Assembly: GCF_018350175.1 (NCBI RefSeq)
Contig: NC_058368.1
Coordinates: 153,886,001-153,950,000 of the forward strand
DNA from: Felis catus
Lineage: Eukaryota
DNA: 64,000 nucleotides
Direction of reading: 5' to 3'
Within the stretch, counting starts at the first letter, position 1; the number at the start of each line of letters is the position of its first letter. Under the pieces are notes generated by a model. The model worked only from the letters and a program-made list of their open reading frames with translations, had not been told where the DNA came from and did not search any database. Positions 52,337-64,000 of this stretch are shown in pieces. Made by a program: the position numbers and the translations under genes.

Positions 52337-54890
52337 GGCAAGGAATGTTTTTGGTGGGTTCACATGTTTAATTATTGTTAATGTTTTCTTAATCTGTGAG
52401 TAGCTGCTATTTTAATATACACATTAAAGATATACAACGGTCAACAACGTTTAATACACTGCTTTTAGGAATCCTTAAGATTTCTTAATTTATTTCTACT
52501 TTGAAATAGACTCAATATTACAGTGACTGTTAACCAATGTACCAGTATAATTAAAATCTCAAATAAGTACTGAAATCAATTTGAAATTCACACTCTTAAC
52601 TATTGTGACAGCACATCTTAGACATATTCTCTGGGCGGGTATATAGCACAGAAAACTTTGGTAAAGGGTCAGATACATCCCTATTTTCTTTTTACATGGC
52701 CCTGCATCACTGATTTTCATTGGCATTTGAGAAGCTTGTAGAATGAACAGCATAATTGTTGGTTTTTAGAATATTCTAGAGACTGTGTTAGAAACAGTAT
52801 GCATTGTGTTCAATCTGTATAGCCCTTTGAAGAAAGTATCACTTATGATAATCATATACAGAAGCTGAATCTTTGGAATAGTAAATGTTTTACCCAGTCA
52901 CAATGAGATTGAGCTGAACTTGAACTGTATCTATGAGAAGTGGGGATTATATTGTGTCTTTATTTACAGTCACGTTTTGAAAAGGTAAAATATCAGGCAT
53001 AGTAGAGATATCCTAAAGAAAGCAGGACTGAGAGAAGAAGTGTGTCTTGAGAATGGGCTCACCATAAAAGGATTCTGACAAAAACAGTGAACCCAGGGGT
53101 AAGGCCCATACATCAGAGGGGGGAACTAGTTCTGATACAGCATCTTGCCGACAGCAGAGCTCATCATAACCCACCATCTCTTGACAACTGTAGGTTCTTG
53201 GGGAATGGTTTTGCTTGTGGGTTAGAAAGGCTACAAATCTTTGGGATCTGGGCCACTTTGCTTGTGGGATAGCTCTCAATGAAATGTAATACAAAAAGAC
53301 AGAGAGTGATGCATCTCAGTCTGATGTAAGTGGCAGTAATGATAAATTTGCAGTGTAAATAACATCCAGTTGGCTTCAGCAATTGCTTATGAATTGCCAC
53401 TGAAGTATCTGGCCCAGAAAAATACTCCTCAGCTTTAGCTTCTCATACTAGAGAGAAGAGTGTCCAACAAACAGCTTGATTTGTGGAGGCAGGTAAGCAG
53501 ACAAGGAAATTTGAAAAATTAGAGATTAAAAAAAAACACAGAAGAGAGAAGTCCACTTGCAAGGCAAATAAATGAAAGTACCACCGAGATTTGAGATATT
53601 AATGTAAATTGCCTTCATTGGTTCACAAAAACATTTGATGCTTGAGGTGGTAGAATTCATGTTTTTGGTCCTTGTTGTAAGAGTTAATTCTTCTACAGAT
53701 ACCTTAGCATAATTTCAGTAGACTGGAGATATGGAAGGTGGACATCATGTTTCCACATGACAAGGACTAACATGTAGGAAGGAATCCAAAGTAGTCGGTA
53801 GTCTTTAACATTACTATTATTGAAGTAGAAGGTTTTTTTTCCCCAGAATTTTATCTAGGACTTTGGGTACATGCATTATTTTTGCAGAAAAAGAAATAAA
53901 AAGAGCAAAGAAACAAAAATTATAGGAAATCCGGAGACAGAAAAAAACAATGAAAAATCATTCTCTTACCTGTTCATAGCTCGAATTTGATGTGACCATT
54001 TCTCACAGTGGTTTCCCTGCAACATTTTCCACTTAGGGCTTTCTCTCTCTCTCTCTCTGTCTCTTTCTTTTACTTTTAATTACTGGAAAGGCTATATCCA
54101 TGTAAGACCTTTTTACAGATGTTTTATAAGACCTTTTTCTTTGTCATGTCCATGAGATCATATTACTTATATGTTACAAACATTCTCATCTAGAATAATA
54201 AAGAAGGTGATAGCAACATAATGGCTCACTATTCCCAACTAGGCATGTTGACAATATCCCATACTGACAGGTTTTGCTGTTGAAGAATCTTCTAGGGAGT
54301 ACTGAATTTGTCTTAAAACACAATCCTGAAAATAAAAGAATAAATGTGTAAGAGAAGTAACAGAGTTGGCCTTAACAGGAAAAAAATATCTTGAAAGAAA
54401 GTGCCTTCAGATTTATTTTTGAAGCAGTTATGTTGCAAATAGAATTATAAGGGAGGCTAAGTTGTTCTCATGTGCCCTTCTAGTACTTCTACTGGGATCC
54501 TGTCTGCCATTTGCTCCTATAAATTCAATTTCCTCATTCAGACTGAACTTATCTATGGCTCTAACATGGCATAGTATGTCTTATGAACGTGGCTAGATTT
54601 TGTAAGACTCTGTGGCTTAGTTTATTTGTTTAGTTGTGTGTGTGTATATGTGAGTGTATATTTCTTCATTTTGGTGGTAATCAATTATAAATTTTTTAAT
54701 CAGATAAACTCATTCTTATTGTGTCGCTACAGCCAATATATTACCTCTCAAGGTAGCCTACTGCTGTAATAGCTAAAACCAATTTAACTTTTATAAATAT
54801 TAATCAATAAATGTATAATAGACTCAAGGATTTCTGGAGGAGGTGGACTCTTAGTGGCAAATTGATATTAGCCTTTCTAAAAGGCATTTT

Positions 54891-55220
54891 CCTTTTTTAA
54901 AATATGAAGCTTATTGTCAAATTGGTTTCCATACAACACCCAGTGCTCATCCCAACAGGTGCCCTCCTCAATGCTCATCACCCACTTTCCCCTCCCCCCC
55001 CCCACCATCAACCCTCAGTTTATTCTCAGTATTTAAGAGTCTCTTATGGTTTGCCTCCTTCCCTCTCTGTAACTTCCCCCCCCTTCTCCTCCCCCCTGGT
55101 CTTCTGTTGAGTTTCTCAGGATCCACATATGAGTGAAAACATATGGTATATGTCTTTCTCTGCCTGACTTATTTCACTTAGCATAACACTCTCCAGTTCC
55201 ATCCACATTGCTACAAATGG
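54891..55220 (-). mobile_element. Duplicate of the L1 fragment at 9031-9360
   Basis: Same sequence and TSD, offset 45860. Confidence 0.92.
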
Positions 55221-56874
55221 TAAAAGGCATTTTTCTATACATTCTTGGTAACTGAGCCCTGATTTGTTCATGTAGTATCTTTGTCTTTCAAAAAATCCTG
55301 GGACCTCCACAACTACCATGGTTGAATCTCAGTTTGTCCAAAGTATTACAAATGATTTCATTATTCTTACCAAATGATTGATTTAGAGACGGGAGCTTTA
55401 CACAAATTAATCTGTGGAGGCTTAGGTTAATATACCAAACCTGGTTTAACAGAAAGTTAGAAAAAAAATTGTGTCATTGACATAACTGAGCTATTAAAAC
55501 ACCAAAGCTAAAAAAACCCACTTGAATAATTTTTTAGATGAATAAGCTACTTACTATGTAAGCATTTTTGAATTGAGTACTCACTTGCTACCAACTGAAG
55601 TTATTCTAGCTGATGTTGTCCTTTTACATGAGAATTTATGACAAAACATACAGCAGTAAGTTGGTTTGAGTGCCTGAGTCTAGTCAGAGGAGGTTTACAT
55701 AAGAGTTGAAACTGAGGAAAACAGGTTGGAATTAGACTACAAGGGTTTTAAACTCGTTTTAGGCATCTGACTGGCATCATGTAGACAAGGGGGAAGTAGT
55801 GTCTTGGCAACATTGGTCTTGATTTTGTGGCAATGCCTGTAATCTGTTGGAGGACAAAGGCATTGAGTGTAGAAAATGAAACAGGAGTCCAGGTGTGAAG
55901 CAGTGAGAGCTAGAGAAGTGGTCATGGTGAAAAGGAAGGAAGAGAAGTCTGAGAGAAGAGAGAAATCCAGAAGAGAATTGGTGCACTCAGTGGCTGATTA
56001 AATACGGGGGATGAAAATATGGATGCGGCAATCGCTGCTCTGAGTTTTGAGCCTGAGTAAATGAAAGCATAGGTGCATTAATTGAAAACAGGTCAATCAA
56101 AAAATGAAGTTAATTTTGAGAGATAGAAATCAAATTGAATGTAAGATAATAGTGAGGCATTCAAAAAAATATCTATTATGCTGCTAGATATTCAGAACTG
56201 TCCTTTAAGATGAGGATTTCAGACTGAGTTGAGCTGTATTTTTGTATTCAGAAACTCCTTTTTTAATGTAAAAACCATACCTTTCCTTCCACATGGTTTG
56301 GGAATCTCAGTAGGAACTCACAGTTGGTTAGCAGTTGGAATAAATGTCTGAAATTCCTATGTCGTAAATTTTAGTTCCTCTTTATTATATAGTAGCTAAT
56401 TTGTTCTTAAATAGGTGATAATAGAGATTGAACTCTTAAAGTAGAGACTATTATGTCATTACAGTATGATTTAAAAAACTATAGACTACAGGAGTGAAGA
56501 AAAATAAACTGGAGAGAAAGGTGTTTGTGTGTGTGTGTGTGTGTGTCTGTGTGTGTGTGTTTGTGTGTGTGTGTTTGTGCATGCATATGTGTAATCATCG
56601 TAACACAGCCACATGGGAAAAAAAGAAACATAATGCCTATGTTTATTAACTCGGGTAAATTGAGTGACAGTTTTTTGACAAGAAAAAAGAGAGAAGAATC
56701 TTTCTTCCCCCTTGCTCTACTTGGTAATACCCATTGTGATAAGAGAGGGTACAGGGAAAAACATTTTTCTACAAGAAGTCATAGTCAACAAATCTGAGAA
56801 TAATCAGATATGTCAACAAATATGAGATGCTCAAATTCCTGGTTACAGCATTCATTTTTTAAAAAGGGATCTGA

Positions 56875-57075
56875 GAGTCACCTAAGAGGCACAATCGGTT
56901 GAGCACCAGACTATTGATTTCAGCGAGGTCATGATCCCAGGGTTGTGGGATCAGGCCCTTGTGGGGCTCTCCACTGAGCCTGGAGCCTGCTTAAGAATCT
57001 CCTCTCTCTGTCTCTCTGTCCTTCTCCCCGACTATGTTCTCTCTCTCTCTAAAATTAAACAAATAATAAAATACA
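56875..57075 (+). mobile_element. Duplicate of the SINE at 11015-11215
   Basis: Offset 45860. Confidence 0.88.
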
Positions 57076-57774
57076 ATGGGATCTGAAAAAACACTAAGAA
57101 CAACATCAGTGTAGCTATATGGTAACAGAGAAAGGACATGGAAGAGAAATCAGACAGCCTGTGACTTGGTTCGCTTGGTAGCACATTGGAGAAACTCAAC
57201 ATATGTTGACCAGTTCAATGCAGTGACTACATCTGAATGTGGTTTGAAGAGTCATAGGCAGCACAGTTCAACACGAGACTGTTAGAATTGATACACTTGT
57301 CATGCTAAAGATCTGAAGCCCAGTCTCTGTCATGCCAGTTTCCACCCCCTGCCAATGGGAATAGCACATTTTCTAATACATATAAATATGTATATAATAT
57401 ATAATATAATTATTATAATTATAATTATTTTAGATTATAGTTTTAAATTTTGCTCTACTCATTTTGTTTTTCTCCTTTAAGGACTCAGGTGATATGAATA
57501 TTATTCCTTCTTTGCTGGTCTTCCATTTGTACTACCTTCTAAGCCTTTTTACTCTTCATTATATCATTTTTATTTTCTTGGTTGCTTTCTTGTTTGTCTT
57601 CTGGGCCCCTTATTCAATTTCTGTTTGAATCTTTCACCTTTAGGCACCTTGCAATTTGTTCTTTATTTCTGAATTAATGTTGCTTTTTGTTTTTCCATTT
57701 CTTCCTGAATTCAATCAACTTGTTTTTCATTTCTCCCTATTTATGTCTGTTTCTGTTTGTTGTATTTGGATTTC

Positions 57775-58160
57775 TTTTTTTTTAACTTGTTTTATTTTTT
57801 TATTTGTTTAAATTTACATCCAAATTAGTTAGCCTATAGTGAAACAATGATTTCAGGAGTAGATTCCTTAATGTCCCTTACCCATTTAGCCCACCCCCTC
57901 CCACAACAAACCCCAGTTTGTTCTCCATATTTATGAGTCTCTTATGTTTTGTCCCCCTCCCTGTTTTTATGTTATTTTTGTTACCTTTCCTTTATGTTCA
58001 TCTGTTTTGTTTCTTAAAGTCCTCATATGAGTGAACTCATATGATTTTTGTCTTTCTCTGACTGACTAATTTCACTTAGCATAATACCCTCCAGTTCCAT
58101 CCACGTAGTTGCAAATGGCAAGATTTCATTCTTTTTGTTTGCTGAGTAATACTCCATTGT

Positions 58161-58201
<41 letters not shown>

Positions 58202-58418
58202 TATACATATACACATATATGTGTGTGTGTGTGTGTGTATACACATACAATGGAGTATTACTTGGCAAGGAAAAAGATATATATATATATATATCTGTAT
58301 ATATATATATAAATATCTTTATATATATATCTTTATATATATATATCTTTATATATATAAATATCTTTATATATATAAATATCTTTATATATATATAAAT
58401 ATCTTTATATATATATAG

Positions 58419-58464
<46 letters not shown>

Positions 58465-60624
58465 GCACCACATTTTCTTTATCCATTCATCCATCGATGG
58501 ACATTTGGGCTCTTTCCATACTTTGGCTATTGTTGGTAGTGCTGCTATAAACATGGGGGTGCATGTGTCCCTTTGAAACAGCACACCTGTATCCTGTGGA
58601 TAAATGCCTAGTAGTGCAATTGCTGGGTCATAGGGTAGTTCTATTTTTAGTTTTTTGAGGAACCTCCATACTGTTTTCCAGAGTGGCTGCACCAGCTTGC
58701 ATTGCCACCAAGAATGCAAAAGAGATCTTCTTTCTCCGCATCCTCGCCAACATCTATTGTTGCCTGAGTTGTTAATGTTAGCCATTCTGGCAGGTATAAG
58801 GTGATATCTCATTGTGGTTTTGATTTGTATTTCCCTGATGATGAGTGATGAGCATTTTTTCAGGTGTCGGTTGGCCATCTGGATGTCTTCTTTGGAGAAG
58901 TGTCTATTCATGTCTTTTGCCCATTTCTTCACTGGATTATTTGCTTTTTGGGTGTTGAGTTTGAGAAGTTCTTTATAGGTTTTGGATACTATCCCTTTAT
59001 CTGATATGTCACTTGTAAATATCTTCTCTCATTCCTTCGGTTGTCTTTTAGGTTTGCTGATTGTTTCCTTCGCTGTGCAGACGCTTTCTATTTGATGAGG
59101 TCCCAGTAGTTCATTTTTGCTTTTGTTTCCCTTGCCTCTGGAGACGTGTTGAGTAAGAAGTTGCTGCGGCCAAGATCAAAGAGGTTTTTGCCTGCTTTCT
59201 CTTCGAGGATTTTAATGGTTTCCTGTCTTACATTGAGGTCTTTCATCCATTTTGAGTTTATGTTTGTGTGTGGTGTAAGAAAGTTGTCCAGGTTCATTCT
59301 TCTACATGTTGCTGTCCAGTTTTCCCAGCACCACTTGCTGAAGAGACTGTCTTTATTCCATTGGATATTCTTTCCTGCTTTGTCAAAGATTAGTTGGCCA
59401 TACGTTTGTGGGTCCATTTCTGTGTTTTCTATTCTGTTCCATTGATCTGAGTGTCTGTTCTTGTGCCAGTATCATACTGTCTTGATGATTACAGCTTTGT
59501 AATATAGCTTGAAGTCTGGGATTGTGATGCCTCCTGCTTTGGTTTTCTTTTTCAAGATTGCTTTGGCTATTCGGGGTCTTTTCTGGTTCCGTACAAATTT
59601 TAGGATTATTTGCTCTAGCTCTGTGAAGAATGCTGGTGTTATTTTGATAGCTATTGAATTGAATATGTAGATTGCTTTGGGTAGTATCGACATTTTAACA
59701 ATATTTTTTCTTCCTATCCAGGAGCATGGAATCTCTTTCCATTTTTTTGTGTCTTCTTCAATTTCTTTTGTAAGCTTTCTATCATTTTCAGTGTATAGAT
59801 TTTTCACCTCTTTGGTTAGATTTATTCCTAGTTTTTTTGTGGTGTTTTGTGCATCTGTAAATGGAATTGATTCGTTGATTTCTCTTTCTGTCACTTCATT
59901 GTTGGTGTATAGGCATGCAACCTATTTCTGTGCATTGATTTTATATCCTGCAACTTTGCTGAATTCATGAGTCAATTCTCACAGTTTTTTGGTGGAATCT
60001 TTTGGGTTTTCCATATAGAGTATCATGTCATCAGCAAAGAATGAAAGTTTGACCTCCTTCTGGCCAATTTGGATGCCTTTTATTTCTTTGTGTTGTCTGA
60101 TTGCAGAGGCTAAGGCTTCCAATACTATGTTGAATAACAGTGGCAAGAGTTGACATCCCTGTCTTGTTCCTGACCTTAGGGGAAAGCTCTCAGTTTTTCC
60201 CCATTGAGGGTTATATTAGCGTTGGGTCGTTCATATATGGCTCTTATGATCTCAAGGTATGCTCCTTCTGTCCTTATCTTCTTGAGGGTTTTTATCAAGA
60301 AAGAATGCTATATTTTGTCAAATGCTTTCTCTGCATCTATTGAGAGGATCATATGGTTCTTGTCCTTTCTTTTATTGATGTGATGAATCACACTAATTTG
60401 TTTTGCGGATATTGAGCCAGCCCTGCACCCCAGGTATAAATCCCAATTGGTTGTGGTGAATAATTTTTTAAATGTATTGTTGGATCTGGTTGGCTAATAT
60501 CTTGTTGAAGATTTTTGCATCCATGTTCATCAGGGAAATTGGTCTATATTTCTCCTTTTTAGTGGGGTCTCTGTCTGGTTTTGGAATTGAGGTAATGCTG
60601 GCTTCATAGAAAGAGGTTGGAAGT
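57775..60624 (-). mobile_element. Duplicate of the L1 at 11915-14764
   Basis: Identical ORF translations, offset 45860. Confidence 0.96.
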
Positions 60625-61120
60625 AATGTGAGTTGTTTTTTCATATCCTCAAATGCAGGACTGAGTATTTTAATCACACTTGGAATATGGATTTTTTGTT
60701 TTCTTCTGCTTCCAGTTTTTTTTTTCAGGAGGAGGGTTTTTAATTAGTTGGTCTATGTGACACTTTGCTTCCTGATATTTTGCAATAATGTAACTTACAG
60801 AGCTTCATTTGTTCACTTTTGTGATATTGGGGTGTTTAACAAGTCATTCCAATCTATTATTAGAGCACAGTCTGGGTACTTTGTCTTTTTGTTTGTTTCT
60901 CCTTCTCCTCACCATCCTTCCCCCCCACCCCCCCGCCCTTCTTCTTCTTTGAGTTGGTATGGTTGGGGCAGGCTTTGAAGCAAGCAAAAGCAGATCTAAA
61001 AACAATTTCATAAATAGCAGGCCTCCTTCCTCTTTGGTTGCTGAATTGGCTACATTTGTTTTTATGTGGGAAATAGATGAAAATGATTTTACTCTAGCTG
61101 CATAAATTTAGAGATATATA

Positions 61121-61166
<46 letters not shown>

Positions 61167-61296
61167 ATTCCCCCTTCATCACCCAGCTGCTAAGGTGTGA
61201 TTTTCCCATTCTTCTTTGTTCTGTTTTATTCACCAGAAGCTATGTATTTTGAAAAGCTTTAAATTGAGTCCTTCCTTTTAAAATCACATGTTCTTT

Positions 61297-61526
61297 GGGG
61301 AGTATGGGTGGCTCAGTTGGTTAAGTGTCTGCCTCTTGATTTCAGCTCAGATCATGATCTCAGAATTTGTGGGCTTGAGCCCCACATGAGGCTCTGAGCT
61401 GACAGTGCAGAGCCTGCTTGGGATCTCTCTCTGTCTCTCTCTGTCTCTGTCTCTGTCTCTCTGCCCCTCCTTCACTTGCACTCTTTCTTTCTCAAATAAA
61501 TAAATATTATACACACACAGACACAA

Positions 61527-61567
<41 letters not shown>
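61297..61567 (+). mobile_element. Duplicate of the SINE at 15436-15706
   Basis: Offset 45861. Confidence 0.92.
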
Positions 61568-61570
<3 letters not shown>

Positions 61571-62983
61571 CACATATTCTTTGTAATTATTTCCCTATGG
61601 TCCATGCTGTGAACTGCCTGAACACTTGAAATACTTTTAGATATAAGGTAGAATTAATTTTCCTGACCTTTGTTTTGATCTCCTTAGTCCCCTTCACTAA
61701 TTCCCCCTATTTTCCTCCCTGAACTTTTTCAGTATGCCTTCATTTGCCTCAAGCTTTGCTACAGGGCAACAGAGTAGAGATGGGATGAGAGCAGGAGAGA
61801 CCGTGTGCAGAGATTTGGTGATTCCTCTCTTTATTACTTGCATTTATTTTGACGTTTCAGTATTACCTACTTTGGTTGGTGTTGAGGACATAATTTTGTG
61901 TAGAATTTAATTTTCTCCTCTTGTTTATTATTGTTTGGGACAACATTAGGAGCGAGGAAGCTATGTAGCTGCCACTGTCTTTGGCCTTCCAGAAACAATG
62001 GACTTTTACATAGAACTGTTATGAACATTTGTGTACAAGTTTTATTTTTTGTGTGGTTGTATATTTTGATTCCTCTTGAATAAATAGAGGTGGAATTGCT
62101 GGGTCATAAAATAGATATACATTTAAGTTTTAAAGAAATTGTCTAAGAGTACTCCCAAGTGGTTGTACAGGTTGGCTCTCCCACTTCCAATAGGGAGAAT
62201 TGTATATTCTTTTGATACAGATATAAGAGCAGATTGAAAATATTCCATGATTTTCTATTGCAGTTGAGAAGTCAACTGTCCATTTTATTGTTTTCCTTCA
62301 TTGGATTTTTATTTTATCTCTGGTTACATTTAATACCTTCTTTTTGTCTTTGATGGTCTGTAATTTCACCAAGATACAGATGTGATTATTTTCATACATA
62401 ATGCTTGAGGTTCATTTGGCTTTCTTGGTCTCAGGTTAATGCTTTCTCATAGCCGGAAAAATTCTACAGCATCATCTCTGATAATTGCCTCATCTCTTTA
62501 TTCTATTTTTTTTTCAAAAACTCCAAGTACTAGTATGTTAGATCATCTTTAATTGTGTTTAAAATTTTCCATTTATTGGTTTCTTTGAATGTTTATTTTG
62601 CATAATTGTTTGGATCTGTGTTTCAATTCAGCAATTCTCATTTCACCAATGACTGTTATGCTCTTTAATATGTTCAGTTAGTTTTACACTTTAATTATAT
62701 TTTACATTTTGTGTCATATTTTGTTCATTTTCAGTATGATTAGAGACCCTTAATGGACTCATTCCTTGCTTGTGTTTTTAAGCTGATCTTTTATTTCTTT
62801 CTGTACATAACCATGTTTATTTCATATTTGATTGCTGATAATTTTAATATCTAAAGTCTTCAGGGGTGTTATTTTGCTTTTAGTCAATTCTCTTAGAAAG
62901 CATTCATGGTGCCTTTTTTCCATGTGTGTTTTGTGATTTTTTTCTTTTTTACTTTACTTTTCTGGTCTTTCTTTTCTTTATTT

Positions 62984-63062
<79 letters not shown>

Positions 63063-63093
63063 TTTCTTTCTTTCTTCTTTCTTTTTTCTTTTT

Positions 63094-63140
<47 letters not shown>

Positions 63141-64000
63141 ATTTTTGTAAATGTAAGCTGCTTATTTACCTTAAAATTTTTTGCATGCATATTCATTCTT
63201 GCTGGCTTAATTATATTCTTCCAAGAAGATTCATACTGGCTTCTGTTGATTTCCCCCTAACCAAACAACAGCCACTAAAAATTAAATTTTCCTCATGACG
63301 TTTTTCAGACAATAGTTACCACATGATAGTATGATTAGAACAAATACTTAAGTGGGTGATTTTGGGTTTTTTTGTTACCTTCACTTATTGCCAGGTTTGA
63401 GGCAGGCAGTTTTTCTTGTTCTTCTCTTCTCTGTCGCAACTTCATTTTGCTTCACCATTACAGTGTTGGTGTGTCTGCTCAGGTCTCATTTTATGATGAG
63501 GATGAAATCTTACTATTCCCTAGTATAACAGTTTCTAGGCTTTATATCCTGTTCCTCACCCAGTGCAGCCATTAGTGGGAAATTGAAGAAATCTGGATTT
63601 GTCAACATATGTTATGGAAAGATTTAGCTCACTAGGTTACTCTTTTCACTATTTTTTGCCCACTGTGAATTTTTTTATTACATTCTAATTTTTTTCCAAA
63701 ATTTTTATTACTCATTTCAGTAGATTATATCTGGTCGATTGTTCAGAGTATCTTGTCTGCCATTCTGTTAGGTCTGGGAATATGATGCTATTTTAAGTGA
63801 CTATTGAAACACTAGTGGAGGAGTCTAGATAGGACAATGAACTAGATACTTCTACAGATACAGAAGAAAGAGAAAGTTTGATTCCTCCCAGAGCCTTGGA
63901 GAAAAAGAATTAAATAAATATGCTTCAAAATTCAGATATATTCCATTTAGCACTATGTTTACATTGACAATCTATACTCATTTCAAAACATATTAAAAAG

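Larger units (their letters stand above)
51091..64000 (+). repeat. Segmental duplication, copy 2 (runs off the window end)
   Basis: Near-identical to 5233-18124, including all TEs. Confidence 0.98.

Noticed and set aside
51091..64000. NAHR between SINE/L1 copies as the duplication mechanism
   Set aside because: Both breakpoints lie in unique sequence and no chimeric repeat is present at the junction.
1..64000. Assigning a host gene symbol or a known cat phenotype locus
   Set aside because: No exon or element could be recognised with confidence from the sequence alone.

Overview
Mammalian (carnivore, almost certainly felid) genomic DNA. It is AT-rich and dense in repeats: more than 20 tRNA-derived Can-SINE/SINEC elements, LINE-1s of several ages nearly all on the minus strand, one MLT2-like solo LTR, L2/MIR relics and microsatellites. 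I see no convincing protein-coding gene; the supplied ORFs are L1 ORF2 fragments, SINE or microsatellite read-throughs, or chance ORFs. The minus-strand L1 bias and two + strand exon-like segments suggest a long intron of a + strand gene that I cannot name. The dominant structure is a very recent direct duplication: 51091-64000 re-copies 5233-18124 almost perfectly, implying a head-to-tail unit of about 45.86 kb. The junction has no gap and carries a 16-nt imperfect templated repeat typical of replication/repair template switching. The proximal breakpoint cuts through an enhancer-like unique block, and the distal end lies about 300 bp after a strong CTCF motif. Smaller notable items are an L1 with both a twin-primed 5' inversion and a 24-nt 3' transduction, a tailless L1 capture, and a fold-back inversion inside an L1 microsatellite.
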